A stretch of 64,000 bases of DNA, from the NCBI RefSeq assembly GCF_009914755.1, contig NC_060925.1, one strand, 5' to 3'. This DNA is from the human T2T-CHM13v2.0 reference genome, Homo sapiens. Below the pieces are notes generated by a model. It had not been told where the DNA came from, made no database searches, and saw nothing but the letters and a program-made list of their open reading frames with translations. Every line of letters begins with the position of its first letter. The stretch's first letter is position 1. Both the position numbers and the translations under genes were made by a program. Shown here one piece after another: positions 29,201 through 42,237 of this stretch.

Positions 29201-29739
29201 GTGTTATCAAGGCAAGGTCTGGGAATGCTGGAAAGCACCCGTGTACATACAGGGTTGCACTTAAAAGGCCACCCCAGTAGCCTGCAGGGAGAAGTACACA
29301 CCAGCCCGCAGCACTCTGCATCCCTACCAAGGATGTAGATCAGAGCTTCCAGGTAAATTCCTCAGGTCTAAAGAGGAGCTAAAACTTGCTTGCTTGCTGA
29401 GTCCCCAGGAGGCAGACACAGAATCAAAACTACAAGATAAATCAGATATGTGTTTTGTAGAAATGGTTATGCTCAACAGGGTTACTGGCAGAGCAGGGGC
29501 CAGAGAGAAAATCACTTCTCTCCATCCCAGGGGGTCCACTGAACACAGTAGAGGCTCAAAGAGTGAATGTGTCTATCTCCTAGGCTTATTCCATTTGACT
29601 AAAGTCAGCACTTATTATGCATCTACTCTGTGCCAGGGTCTGTTCTACAGGCTGGCCCTGTGAGGCCACAGAGTAATTTTAATCCCAACAAGTTAATTCA
29701 TAATGAAGTGTAGAACCAACATCTTTAAAAATGTATGTG

Positions 29740-31375
29740 AGTTAATTGAATTTTGACAAGGGTGCCAAGACAACTCAATGGAGGAAAGAAGAGACTTTTC
29801 AACGAATGACACTGGGATAAGTGGATAGCCATGTAAAAAAGAATGCTTTTGGACCCATACCTCACACCATATACAAAAATACCTCAAAATAGATCCAAGG
29901 CATAAATGTAAGAGCTAAAGCTACAAAACTCTTAGAAGAAAACAGATGCAAACCATTATGACCTTAGAGTAGGCAATGGTTTATTAGATAAGACACCACA
30001 AAGCATAAACAACAAAAGAAAAAATAGGTAAATTAGACTTGACCAAAATTTGAAATTTTGTACTTCAAAGGACACTATCAAGAAAGTAAAAAGACAACTC
30101 ATGGAATAGGCAAAACTATCTGCAAATCATACATCTGGTAAGATTATTCAGGATATATAAAGAACCCTTACAATGCAACAATAAAAGACAAATAACCCAA
30201 TTAAATAATGAGCAAATAATTTGAATAGATATTTATTCAATGGAGATAAACAAATGGACAATAAGCAAATAAAGAGATGCTCAAAATAATTAGTTATTAA
30301 AGAAATGCAAATAAAAACCACAGTGAGATACCACTTCGACCCACTAGTATAGCTATAATCAAAAAGACAATGAAAAATGTTGGTGAGGATATGGAGAAAT
30401 TGGAACTCTCATACATTGCTGATGGAGATGTAAAATGGTATAGCCATTATGGAAAACAGTTCAACAGTTTCTCAAAAAGTTAAAAACACAGTTAGCCTAT
30501 GACCTGGCAATTGCAACCAAGATAATTGAAAACATATGTCCACACAAAAACTTGTACATAAATGTTCACAGTGGCATTATGCATAATAGCCAAGAATTAT
30601 AAACAACCTAAATGTCCATCAACTAATCAACTGATAAACAAAATGTGTAATATCCATACAATGGAACATTATTCAGCCATTAAAAGGAGTGAAGTACTGA
30701 TTCATGCTGCAAGCAAGACACACACAAAAAAGCCACACATTGTAGCATTTTATTTGTATGAAATGTCCAGAATGCAAATCCATAGAGACAAAGTAGATTA
30801 GTGGCTGCCAGGGGCTGGGGAGAAGGGGAAAAGGAAAGTGATTACAAAAGGTTACAGGGTTTCTTTTGTGAGTGGGAAGAATACTCTGAAATTAGATAGT
30901 AGTGATGGTTGTACAACCCTGTGACTATACCTAAAACCACTGAATTGTACACTTTAAAAGGTATATTAGTCTGCTTTTACACTGCTGATAAAGACATACC
31001 TGAGACTGGGCAATTTACAAAAGAAAGAGGTTTAGTTGACTTACAGTTTCGCGTGGCTGAGGAGGCCTCACAATCATGGCAGAAAGTAAGGAGGAGCAAG
31101 TCACATCTTACATGGATAGCAGCAGGCAAAGAGAGAGCTTGTGCAGAGAAACTCCCATTTTTAAAACCATCAGATCTTGTGAGACTCATTCACTATCACC
31201 AGGACAGCATGGGAAAGACTTGCCCCCACAATTCAGTGATTCATTCATCTCCCACCGGCTCCCTCCCACAACACATGGGAGTTATGGGAGCTAAAAGATG
31301 AGATTTGGATAAGGACACAGAGCCAAACCATATCAAGGGGATAAATTTTATGGTATGAGATATACTTCAGTTTTG
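29740..31375 (+). mobile_element. L1MB (MB7/8-like) 3' region split by a THE1 LTR
   Basis: ttttgacaagggtgccaag...cacaccatatacaaaaat...aaatgtccatcaac...cactgaattgtacactttaaaag; tail ataaattttatggtatgag resumes at 31336. Confidence 0.92.
30962..31335 (-). mobile_element. MaLR solo LTR (THE1B/C-like)
   Basis: tattagtctg...ctgctgataaagacatacctgagactggg...gacacagagccaaaccatatca. Confidence 0.95.
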
Positions 31376-31504
31376 TTTTGAAAGGTTCTGCAAACTATAA
31401 AGCACCACCTACAATACAATTTCTGTAGCAGGAGCAAGGGGTATTACATGAAGTCCAGAATGCTCATCTGCCTAATTAATTCCCGAGACCCTTCTCAGTC
31501 TTCA

Positions 31505-31556
31505 TGGCAGTATGTCACCAGGATAAGCTGGCAGTATGTCACCAGGATAAGCTGGC
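31505..31556. repeat. Perfect 24-bp tandem duplication
   Basis: TGGCAGTATGTCACCAGGATAAGC x2 followed by TGGC. Confidence 0.97.
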
Positions 31557-31875
31557 CATGGTGGGTGGTCTGTGCCAGGCCTTGGGAGCCTAACTGGGGC
31601 TTCTGTGTACCCCTGGGCCTCCAGAAGGAACTGGGGCACATGAATTCTGGATCTGCTGAGCCCCACTAGGATGGGAGAATGAAGACATTACAAATAAGCC
31701 TGCCTAGAAAAGCCCACACAGACTGGAAGTCTGAAGACATGGAGTCCAAAGCAGAGGGCTTGGGCTAGAATTCCAGGAACAGAGACTCAGCAAGTGATCC
31801 TGAGCAGAGACCATCCCTCCTTTAGTTCCCCCAATTTCTTTCATCAGGTTAGTCCAGATTGTGCCTTGAGACTCC

Positions 31876-32176
31876 TTTTTTTTTTTTCTTTTTTGAAACA
31901 GAGCCTTGTTCTGTCGCCCAGGCTGGAATGCAGTGGCTCAGTCTCGGCTCACTGCAACCTCTCCCTCCTGGGTTCAAGTGATTCTCGTGCCTCAGCCTCT
32001 CATGTAGCTGGGATTACAGGCACCCGCCACCACACCTGGCTGATTTCTGTATTTTTAGTAGAGACGGGGGTTTCACCATGTTGCCTGGCTGGTCTTGAAC
32101 TCCTGACCTCAAGAGATCCACCTGCCTCAGCCTCCCAAAGTGCTGGGATTACAGGTGTGAGCCACCGTGCCTGGCC
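31876..32176 (-). mobile_element. Full-length Alu (AluSx/Sz-like)
   Basis: TSD TGTGCCTTGAG at 31860 and 32177. Confidence 0.96.
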
Positions 32177-32719
32177 TGTGCCTTGAGGTTCTGATGAGAG
32201 ACTCTTCCTCTCATTCTGTGGCTCTGCAACAGCAACCAAAGTGGGTAGGGTCCCTAGATCCCAAGCACAGCCCTGCTAGAGGAGAGGCTCTTTGTTTCCC
32301 TGGGACAGGCCTGCTGCAGTGACTGGTTTGGGGCCCCAGGAGTGGCCCTGGTTTCAGACTGCTTCCAGGCCATGGGTCCACCCATGCCCTACTGGCTTCC
32401 CGAGCCACATCCCTGGATTCTACCTCAGGTTTTGAACCTGATTCTCTACATGAGCCTGATTTTGAACCTCTGGTTCTCTGTATGAACTGCTTACTGTGGA
32501 GCTGCAACCAGAATCTAGCCTACACTTCAGATCACTCCAGAAGTCCCATCTGTTTTTGGCCATAGTCTTCCGAACTCTGGCCTAGCCTGACCAGAGTGGC
32601 TGGTACCCAATGCTTGGAGGGTGCCTGGGCTCCAGCTCATCCCTACATGAAGATAACCTGAGCTACAGTCTATGTCAACTGGCCTGAGGCTATGTCTCCG
32701 ACCTCCTTCTCGGTATTCC

Positions 32720-33125
32720 CACCTTCCTTCATCCCACTCTGACAACACTGGCCTCCTTGTGTGTTTTTAAATAGGTCAAGGGGGTCCCATTTCAGGGCTG
32801 GAACAGTCCCCTCCCTAGTCCCATGGCTGGCTCCCTCACTTCATTTAGTTCTTTGCTCACATATAACCTCTTTGCAGAAATTGTCTCTTACCACCCTTAT
32901 AAAATAGCACCCCTGTCACATTCTGTCCCTGTATCCTGCTTTACTTTTCCTTCTTTATGTGCTTTTGGTCTGTAACCCTCCCAGAACAGAAGCTCCATGA
33001 GGACTGGACTTTGTTTTGTCCACTGCTGTATCCTCAGCACCTAAGAGTGCCTGGCACCTAGCTGACACTGGATACATATCTGCTAATAAATGAATGAATG
33101 AACGAGCAAAGGAATGAACAAGTGA
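32720..33125 (+). mobile_element. L2a-like 3' region
   Basis: catggctggctccctcacttcatt...aagctccatgagg...gtgcctggcac...aaatgaatgaatgaa. Confidence 0.85.
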
Positions 33126-33769
33126 ATATTTTGTCTCATTGGAAGCTAACAACTAACGGTGAGAATGACATATTATGGCCTTTCTCTGACTCTGAGAAAT
33201 TGAAAGCACAAGAACAATAAATGACTTTCCTATATTTGCAAAGAGTTGGGGTGAAAAAGGAACTTGGAGAGGGTGGGCCTTGGTGCCCACTCCATGATTG
33301 CGAAGCCATCCTTCCTACTCTGTGTGAAATACCCTGTTTGGAGACATCCTGTATGGTTTACAGAAGAACAGCAGAGCCCATGAGGCTAGCCCAGGGCTGG
33401 AGCAGGAGCAGGATCTAAAGAGCTAACAGAGCTTCCACAGGGAGGAGCTCAAAAGAGTCTCAGCACCTGCCTGAGCAAACGGTCCAGGGTATGCCTTCCA
33501 TCAAGCAAGCCCTCAGAGGCAGACTGCTGTGAACACATCTGGGACCATGCTCTACCTTGCTGGTCCTTGAGCAGGTCAAAGAGTCTTTGGAAATTCGAGA
33601 GCATGAATCCAGAACACCTATGTCCTAGGTCTAGCCCCACCACCCCTCACACTTAGGACAATAGGACAAGGACGTCTGTGCTGACTACCTTAGAAAGGGA
33701 ACTAAAAAACCTACGTAACATGTTTCAAACAATAGGTCACACGGATGGGCCCCTGCCTTCATTTGGAGA

Positions 33770-34250
33770 AGTGAGGTGGTGCTGTGAAAACAGCACTGGG
33801 TTCGGAGATTTTTGTTGAACTTCCAATTCTCATCACTTGCAAGCTCTGTGAGGGACAAGCCTCGTAACTCTTCTGAACCTTTATTTTCTCAACCATTAAA
33901 TTCTCAACTAATAAACCTCACCTCACAGGGATGCTGTGAGGATTTCAGGAACTGAAATTTCGTAGTCAGCTGATGGTCAATGTGATCTGTTGGAGTGTGA
34001 TATGTTTTGTGCACCTGATGAGCTTAGGAATTCACATGAATAATAAGAGAAGAAGGAAACTAACCAATCAAAACAGAACACTCTCTGTGCCTCAATTTTC
34101 TCTTCTGCAAAGTGGGAGTAATAGAGCCTATCACACAAGATAGTTGTAAAATGCAACATATATAAAAAGCATGAGATATATATATATATATATATATGGT
34201 GCATAGTAAGCTCTTAGTAGAAGTTAGCTATCACTGTTGTTGCTATTATT
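33770..34250 (+). mobile_element. Two adjacent MIR relics with a (TA)n tract
   Basis: acctcacagggatgctgtgaggat (~33920) and ctctctgtgcctcaattttctcttctgcaaagtggg (~34085); (TA)n ~34175-34197. Confidence 0.7.
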
Positions 34251-35563
34251 AGGACTGTCATGTACCAGCATTATATTCTATAAATAATAAAATATCAACA
34301 ATGAGATATTGACACATGAGCCTCTGCTCGGGCAATGTCGATTATCCATTCCCCATCTACTCTCCATCCCAGGGGGCCTGTCAGGAGGGAATGGCTGATT
34401 CGACATTTTAGCTCCTTCCCTGAACATCTCAACCAAAAACTGGTTTAGTTTCTATATGTAAAAAGCGTTTAAGGCATAAAACATTATATTGCCTTTCCAT
34501 GACAAGAAAAGTTTGCTGATTTACATCTCTGTGTGAATCAGTAAGGAAATAGGAAGCCGTGAAATAATTGGTTTAATAAAAATTAACTGCTCATGAGGTG
34601 TCCAACCTAGTAATTCCAATAATCTTTGGAGGAAAGGACAAATGCCTGCACCCACAGGTTGCTTATAACTATAGAAGAAGGACAGATGCATTCTCTGTGC
34701 ATCAGAAGACAAAGCTAGGGTCAGGCCTGCAGATTAAAAAAAAAAAAAAAGGCAGATTGCAGTTCAATATTAAAAAGCACTTCCTACCAAAATTGCTGGC
34801 TGGAAATGTAATGGCCTGACTCAGGAGGAAGGGTGTTCCCTGTCACTGGATGTGATGAAGTGGAGACTTCTGCTGCAGAGGAGATGAATACATTGGATAA
34901 AGGTCTGAGTTACATTACTTTTAAGGTTCCTTCCAATTCTAAGATTCTGTGGCTCTCTACATACATAAATTACCTACAAAGGAGAGAAGAAAGCCACACT
35001 GGTCTGAATCTCAGATCATGATTATATGCACAGAAAACTAAAGGTGTTCAATGGTTACTTTTGCCCACTTCCATTGCACCAGCCAAAGGAATATAAGGAC
35101 TTCTTTCCTTCCCCCTCCAATTGAGGGATCAAAGCTTTGTCCCTCCCCGACAGGAGGCCTTCTGTCACCAACACACTCCCTGCAGATGAGGAATACTTAG
35201 AGGGCCATGGTTCTGCTGCTCAGCCCAGCTCAGCTGGGTACCACTTCATTCATTCCACAAATGCTTCTTGAGTATCTGTTTTTGTTTTTTGGTTTTTGTT
35301 TTTGGTTGTCATTGTTGTTGTTTTTCCAGATACTATGCTGGGTGCTGGGGATACTGAGTCAAGTAAGATATGATCCCTGCCCTCAGAAAAACTACGGAAT
35401 GATGGGACATCCATGAAAGTCAATTGGATGTCATACTACAGTGTAATTGAGGCAGATAAAAGGTGCTCTGAGGAGGGATGTCTAACCTGGACTGGAAAGG
35501 CTCCCTGGATGAGGTGACTCAGGCTGAATTTCAGAGGTACTGTTAACAGTTAGTTAGCTAGAC

Positions 35564-35734
35564 CAGTGCTGTCCAGTAGAATCTTCTGTAGTGACGGCAA
35601 TGTTCTATGATCTACTTACACAGTACCTAGTAGCCACGTGAGGTAACGGAGCACTTGAAATGTGGCTCATGCAACTGGGGAACTGAACTGTTCATTTTAT
35701 TAAAGTTAAAATGTGTCTATATTGGACAGAATAG
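35564..35734. mobile_element. MER3 (hAT-Charlie) MITE
   Basis: TIR-like ends cagtgctgtcca / attggacagaatag and internal gagcacttgaaatgtggct. Confidence 0.85.
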
Positions 35735-35942
35735 ATAGGCAAAGGGTGAGAGAAGGCTGTTACAGATAGAGGACAGAGATCAGAAGTGTGCAAGGGCACA
35801 GCACCTGGAGGGCATGACGAGGCAGCCAGTGAGGGGCCAGAAGAAGGGGCCTGTGGGTCCATGGTGGGGGATGGGATCGAGACTGGTCAGCAGCCAGCTC
35901 CTGAAAGTCCTGGTGTGTGAAGCTAAAGAATTTGAACTTCCT

Positions 35943-36365
<423 letters not shown>

Positions 36366-37085
36366 CTAAGGTTTTAAGTAGAGAATGATAAAGTTACATT
36401 TGTGTTTTAGAAATATCACTGCAACAACAGTGTGGAGAATGGATTGTGGGAGAGGCCGTGGGCCAGGGGAGCAGCTTGGGGAGGCTGCTGAGAGCCGGAG
36501 CTGCTGAATGGCTGACAACAGAGCTAAGCAGGGGCAGTGGGAAAGAAAAGGATGAGGGCCCCAATCTGATCTGACTCAGGACTTCTATTGCTGATCAGAC
36601 CTACTGATGGGGGGAGGACACAGCTGGGATGAGATCCCACCCAGGTTCCTGGCGTAGAGGGCAGGTGGATGCCATGGCATGGAATTCCCAGGGAGGGGGA
36701 TTGTGGGCAGAGCCACTAAGGGCATGTGTATTGAGTCAACAGAAGAGAGCATGAAATGGAACCCTGGAGAAGGGAGACATTTAAAAGGTGGACCAAGAAA
36801 ACAAGTCCACGAAGGATACAGAAAAAAAAAAAATCAGAGAGGCAAAAAGAAATCCAGAAGATGAGTGTCACGGAAACAGAGAAGACAGAGTTTCTAGGCA
36901 GGAGTAGTCAAGAGTGTCAAATGCCATATGAGCATTAAAAGGGTGACAGTGAACTTAGCAATTAGGAGGTGAGGGTGGGGTGGGAGCAAATTTAGTGGAG
37001 CACTGGGGGTCTTAACACCGATCTGGATTTGACAGTTGAGACCTGTTTCTTCCTGAGATCGTCTGCTCCCTGGAGACATAGGGCC

Positions 37086-37237
37086 CAGTGGCTTTTAAAC
37101 TTTTTTGAGTCACAAATGCCTTTGACAATCTAATGAAAGCTGTCTCCTGTCTCCAGGGAAATTCACCCACAAATAAAATGTTGTATTTCATTTCAAGGAT
37201 CCCCTAAAGCTCATCCACTGACCCCCTGGTTTTAAAA
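37086..37237. mobile_element. hAT-Charlie MITE (MER112/MER117-like)
   Basis: cagtggcttttaaactttttt...aatctaatgaaagct...gctcatccactgaccccctggtt. Confidence 0.55.
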
Positions 37238-37847
37238 AAGTCAAAATTACTTAGTTTCTATTTGCTGAGTTCTGGCTGCAGAGATCTGAATTCTAACCAA
37301 ATCGTCTGCTTCCTGGGAATCTAAATCTAGACAGAAATCTTCCATTCCTCCATCTCCTGGGGCCCTCTAGCCTCAGCTCCAGCCTGGTTCATTCACATTT
37401 CCAGGCTTATTGTCCTGCTTCCTGTCAATCAACTCTAAATCATTACGCAAATTAACATCTCTAAAGCCCACCTCAGCAGCCTCTGCCTGGAGATGTGTAA
37501 CTAGTGTTTCCCAGGGTCCAGCCTGGGGTACAAAGGGGTCACAAAAGCAGTTATAGAACTGGGAGAACCGCCTGCCGCCCCTGCACAATGCCAGCGGGTG
37601 GAGCAGGGCTTTGCTCTGACATCTGAGGGCTTGTAGCCCAGGAACGTTTGTCACTGTCCCTTCCCACCAAACATCTTGGTTCACAGGTCTCTTTTGGCCC
37701 TCTCTTCCAGTTTTTGAACATACCTAGGTATAAATGAATTCGCTGAAGTTTCAAAGCTTGTTCCCAGTTTAGGGGATACCCCCAGAAGAAAGGTAAAATC
37801 AATGTGTTTTTTTTCAGAAGAAAAGAGGGAGAATGGGTGGAGATATA

Positions 37848-37972
37848 GAAAGAAGGGAAGAAGGCAGGCAGGCAGGCAGGAGGAAGGGAAGAAGGAAGGG
37901 AGGGAGGGAGGGAGGAAAGAAGGAAGGAAAGAAGGAAGGAAGGAAGGAAGGAAGGAAGGGAGGAAGGAGAGG
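37848..37972. repeat. Polypurine (GGCA)n/(GGAA)n microsatellite
   Basis: ~120 bp nearly all purine; (GAAG)7 at 37931-37958. Confidence 0.95.
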
Positions 37973-38119
37973 TCATCTTGTTGCTAAATCTTGGATTCTT
38001 AAATCAACCTTAGCTGTAAAACCTTTACAGAGTAAAGTTGCCAAAATCCCACTCACAATTCTGCTATTACTACAACTAATGATAATAACAGCCACAACCT
38101 CACATGTTACTGTTCTGTT

Positions 38120-38455
38120 ATTTTTTAATAAAAAATGTATACAGTTAAGGTGTACAATGAGATGTTTGATATACATACACATAGTGGAATGATTACTGCA
38201 GTTAAGCAAATTAACATATCCATCTCCTCACATAGTTACTGCGTGTGCGTGCACACTTGCACGCGTGTGGGTGGTGAGAGCACCTGAAATCTACTGTCAT
38301 TGAATTTCCAGTATCCAGCACAGTATTATTAAGTACAGTCATCATGCTGTGCATCAGCTCTTTAGACATTCATCCTACATAACTACAACTTTGTACCTTT
38401 TGACCAATCTCTCCCCATCTCCTCACCTCCCTGCCCCTGGTAACCATGGTTCTCC
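38120..38455 (-). mobile_element. L1MA (MA8-10-like) 3' end
   Basis: aaggtgtacaatg...attaacatatccatctcctcacatagttac...ctttgtacctttgacc...gcccctggtaacca. Confidence 0.88.
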
Positions 38456-39149
38456 TACCTCCTGGACAGAAGAGAGTCCCCTAGCAGAACTAAAGTGAAT
38501 GGCGATTCTAGTAAGCTTACAGTTGGCTACTTTTCCTGAAAGCTTGGGAAAGCCAGCAAACTCCCCCATAAATCCACCCTAAACAAATTCACACATGAAT
38601 TCCAGAATGCTATCTGTTACAACTTACAGTTGCGTCAATACAGGATGGAGCTCCCCAGACGGTGCTGGCTGTTGAGTGCTGCAGCGAGTGCGATATTGGC
38701 CCTTTAGATTTCACAGACACCCTCTCCAAGTACAAACACACACTCACACACACACAGACACATGCGCGCGCCTACTCCATCGCGGGCTGCGTGGTGTGTG
38801 CAGTCAGCAGCCGTGTGGAGAATGTGAAATCACACCTCGCTCTCCTTCCGAGGCAGTGAGATCTTTATTGGTTTGGGAACTGCAACAGTTTGCGTGCTGA
38901 GAGGTTGCAGGAGGTTTCCAAGCACCCCATGTGGAGTTTGGTGCTCTGGCACCGTTCACATGGTTCCCATTTTGCCAGATCCTTTCTAGAGGCTCCTTCC
39001 GCACAGCCTGGGGAAGGCCCTCAACAGAACATAATGTAAATCTGTGGCTCTTGTTAGTGTTCTCAAAGATAATGCATAGGTTCGTTCAGTATTTGACAGT
39101 TCACACAGATTATTTCTATTTCTTACCCTGTTTGCTACTCAAGAGGCAC

Positions 39150-39325
39150 TAGGAGGGATCCCACACAGGAATTATTGACCCTGCTTTGCGGGGGAGGAAA
39201 GTGAAGTGCAGAGAAGTCAAATAACTTGCTCAAGGTCAAGTGCAAAGAAGTCAAATGACTTGCCCAAGGCATTAAGTGGTAAAGCTGAAACCAAAATCCG
39301 GGCTTCGAGTTCAGGCGCCTTTCCC
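39150..39325 (-). mobile_element. MIR with internal 34-bp duplication
   Basis: gaggaaagtgaagtgcagagaagtcaaataacttgctcaaggtc is repeated (39204-39237, 39238-39271). Confidence 0.75.
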
Positions 39326-39589
39326 CTGACTCGCCCTTATCATAATCATAATCTTAAGCTATCTTTACATTTATTGGTAACTTTACAGCACAAAAAGTCA
39401 CCTATGGAATTCCATATGGCGTTTCATTCTGCTACTTGAATACTAAGACTATGTAATGTTTTCTATTTATTGCGCACAGATCTTTATTATCCTCTCAAGC
39501 CTAAGAATTAGGGAACTGTTAGCTAGAAATGAATTTGTGTTTTATGGCAACACTGATTGATAAAATACTGTTGGGGAGCAAGTGATGAT

Positions 39590-40400
39590 GTCATCATGTG
39601 GCCTCAGGTTTCGGCTTCACTATTCTATTCGTGTGACCTTGAGCAATTCCCTTCACATAAACAAGGGAAAAGTTGCAGCCAGTGGGCTCCAGAGACATGA
39701 TCTTAGGTTAGAATTCCAGCTCCATCACTTCCTAGCTGTGCCACCTTGGAGAAGATCCCTAACCACTCTGAGCCTCTGTTTCCTCATTTGCAGAATGGGG
39801 ATAATAGTAGTACTCTGTCATGAAGGGTGTGTATTAGTGTGCCAGGGTTGCCATAACAAATACCACAACCTGGGCATCTTCGACAACAGGAATTGTCTCA
39901 TAGTTCTGGAGGCTGGAAGCCAAAACCAAGGTGTCAGCAGGGTTGGTTCCTTCCAGGGACCCTCTCCTTGGCTCACAGATGACCATGTTCTCACCATGTC
40001 CTCATGGGGGCTTTCCTATGCATGCACATCCTCGGTGCCTGTGTGTCTGCAAATTTCCTCTTATAAACACACCAGTTGGATTGGATTAGGACCCACCCTA
40101 AAGGCCTCATCTTAACTCAGTCACCTCCTTAAGGGCTCCCATCTCCAAATACAGCCACATTCCGGGGTGCTGGGGGTTAGAGTTTTAACATATGAATTTC
40201 CAGGGGCAGGGGAACATAATTTTGCCCATAACAGACTATGAGAATTAAATGAAATATTTTGTTTAAGTCACATAGCACAGTGCTCCAGAGCCATCAGCAG
40301 GTGTGACCTCTGGTGCTCATCGGTGTAATGGAGATAATAATACCTCTCCCATGGGATTGTTATGATGATTGATGCCAAAGTGCTTCATAACCTACACATC
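39590..40400 (+). mobile_element. MIR pieces flanking an MLT1A LTR
   Basis: ctctgagcctctgtttcctcatttgcagaatggggataatagtag before 39830; tgagaattaaatga after 40233. Confidence 0.75.
39830..40233 (-). mobile_element. MaLR solo LTR (MLT1A-like)
   Basis: tgtattagt...gccataacaaataccac...gttctggaggctggaag...catctccaaatacag...cccataaca. Confidence 0.9.
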
Positions 40401-40792
40401 ACCTTAACAGGATGAATACTAGGTGCTGGGGTAGGGGTGGTGAAATGAACTGGTCACTTGATCTGGGAATTACCAGGCTATTCCATGGGAGGCTTCAAGG
40501 GTATTCTTGCTGGGTCACAGCTGCTCCCCAAGTCACAAGCAAAGAGAGTTTGGGGCCAGGGTAAAGGCTATCTTGGTTTCGGGTGAAGTGGCATGGACAG
40601 CAGGTTAAGACTGGTTCAGATGGAAGGAAACACAATGACACTCTCCATGCAGGGATCCTGAACTCAGGTGGAAGCACTCCAGACAGGAACCTGAACGTCT
40701 CCAGTCAGTTGCCAGCTGGAAGCTGGTTATTCTAGAATGAAGCCCCAGGGTGCTCAGAAAGGACCTCACTGCCCCCCTTGAGACTAGAGGAC

Positions 40793-40876
40793 TATTAGGT
40801 TAAACTACGTGAACTTGCCAATATTTGACTGTTTTTGATCTGCACAACTAGCAATTTCATATAATTTAACTGAATA
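40793..40876. mobile_element. MADE2-like mariner MITE
   Basis: ~84 bp of two imperfect TIRs (tattaggttaaactacgtgaacttgcc / gcaatttcatataatttaactgaata) with TA ends. Confidence 0.8.
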
Positions 40877-41079
40877 TTAACCTCCACTTTGTGAATTCAT
40901 GTCTCTGTGCCATTTTATTCTTTGACTGATCCCCATGATTCAACGATTCACTGGTTCAATCTTCAATTCCGCAAACATTTACTGTCGTCTGATGCATGGG
41001 CCGTTGTGCTTGGAGTTAAGGAACAAAGCCACCCCTCTTCTTCCTGCCTAAGTTTCAGACGCTTTGAAAGAGATGCGGA

Positions 41080-41215
41080 GTCAGGCAGATGGAAGCGGAA
41101 ATGCTTGCTTTGTTACCAATAAGATTGGCTCTGGAGAGCATGCGCAGACAATGGGCCTCCTGATGTTGACCACCAGGATTGGGCAGACCACCATCCAGCC
41201 ACAAGGGGCGCTAGA
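41080..41215. promoter_or_regulatory. Candidate promoter-like motif cluster (E-box, ETS-like, paired CCAAT, NRF1-like, SOX)
   Basis: CAGATG 41086, GCGGAAAT 41095, CCAAT 41116, ATTGG 41124 and 41177, GAGCATGCGCA 41136, ACAATGG 41148. Confidence 0.45.
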
Positions 41216-42237
41216 AAGCTGCTGCCCTTGCCTTCACTGCCAGGGCTACCCAGGCACAGGTTCTCTGCTGAGACAGCTTCCAAAAAGAAGGGGGAGGAGT
41301 TTAAGCTACAAACCTGCTACCTCTCCCAAGCTGGGGGGTGGGGGACCGGAAAGGGAGATCAGAGTGACTAGAGGCCAATTCAGGGCAAGAGTGCAGCTTG
41401 CCACCCTACCACCTGGAAACTAAACCAGAGAGAAAGAGGTTTCCCCACAAACAGTAATGGCAGCCCCCACCCCTGCCCTCCCCCCGCCAAATCCCACTTA
41501 CTGAAAGCCGGTATGTGCACGGGAGACTTTATGAAAGGTTTTGGGGTAATGGAAATAGATTTACATTCCGGCAAAGCTAACACATTATAATTAGTTACTA
41601 GAAATCGTTTTCTTAATAGGCTGCTGTGTAGCTCTGTTGTTCCTCGCTCCTTTCTCCCCCTTCCTCTGTATCTCCCTCTCTTCTTTTTACCTCTTAAGGG
41701 CATCCTCACACCCCATTTTACTATATAGAACATTCTGATTCTCTTCAACTTTACCCCTCAGTTTCAGTTGAGATATTTCTTTGTGTATTTCTTCTCCCTC
41801 CAGAGGACATATCTCTTTCTGGTATATAGAAGCAGCTACCTTAAGAGTACATAAATAATTCTTTAAGCCCTGAAAACCCCAAACCTACTTATGACCTTAT
41901 TATCCCATCATTTCTGCCACAAAATAAAAACCTAAAGAATAAATCTCAGTTATGCTAATATTTGACAGACGCGGAATCTCCCCCAAAATGCCTTTTTCTA
42001 AATACAATTATTCTAAGTACTAATCCAGTGAAGCTTAGTGTTCAAAAGCACAACACTAACAATCTCTGCTCTCCAAAATTAATGTTAATAAATTAAGCTT
42101 TGCAATATACAAATTAGTTCCAACCTGAGTCACTAATTTTCATTTTCCCTCTTCCCCTCAAATTAAGAAAAAGTGAGGGAGAATTAAGAAATTAAAGAGA
42201 AATATCCAATACTTCTTTCTCCGTAAAGAACGAGTTC

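Noticed and set aside
41196-41214. CTCF site (ccagccacaaggggcgcta)
   Set aside because: Resembles the core but is one base out of register, placing A at a near-invariant G; too weak to call.
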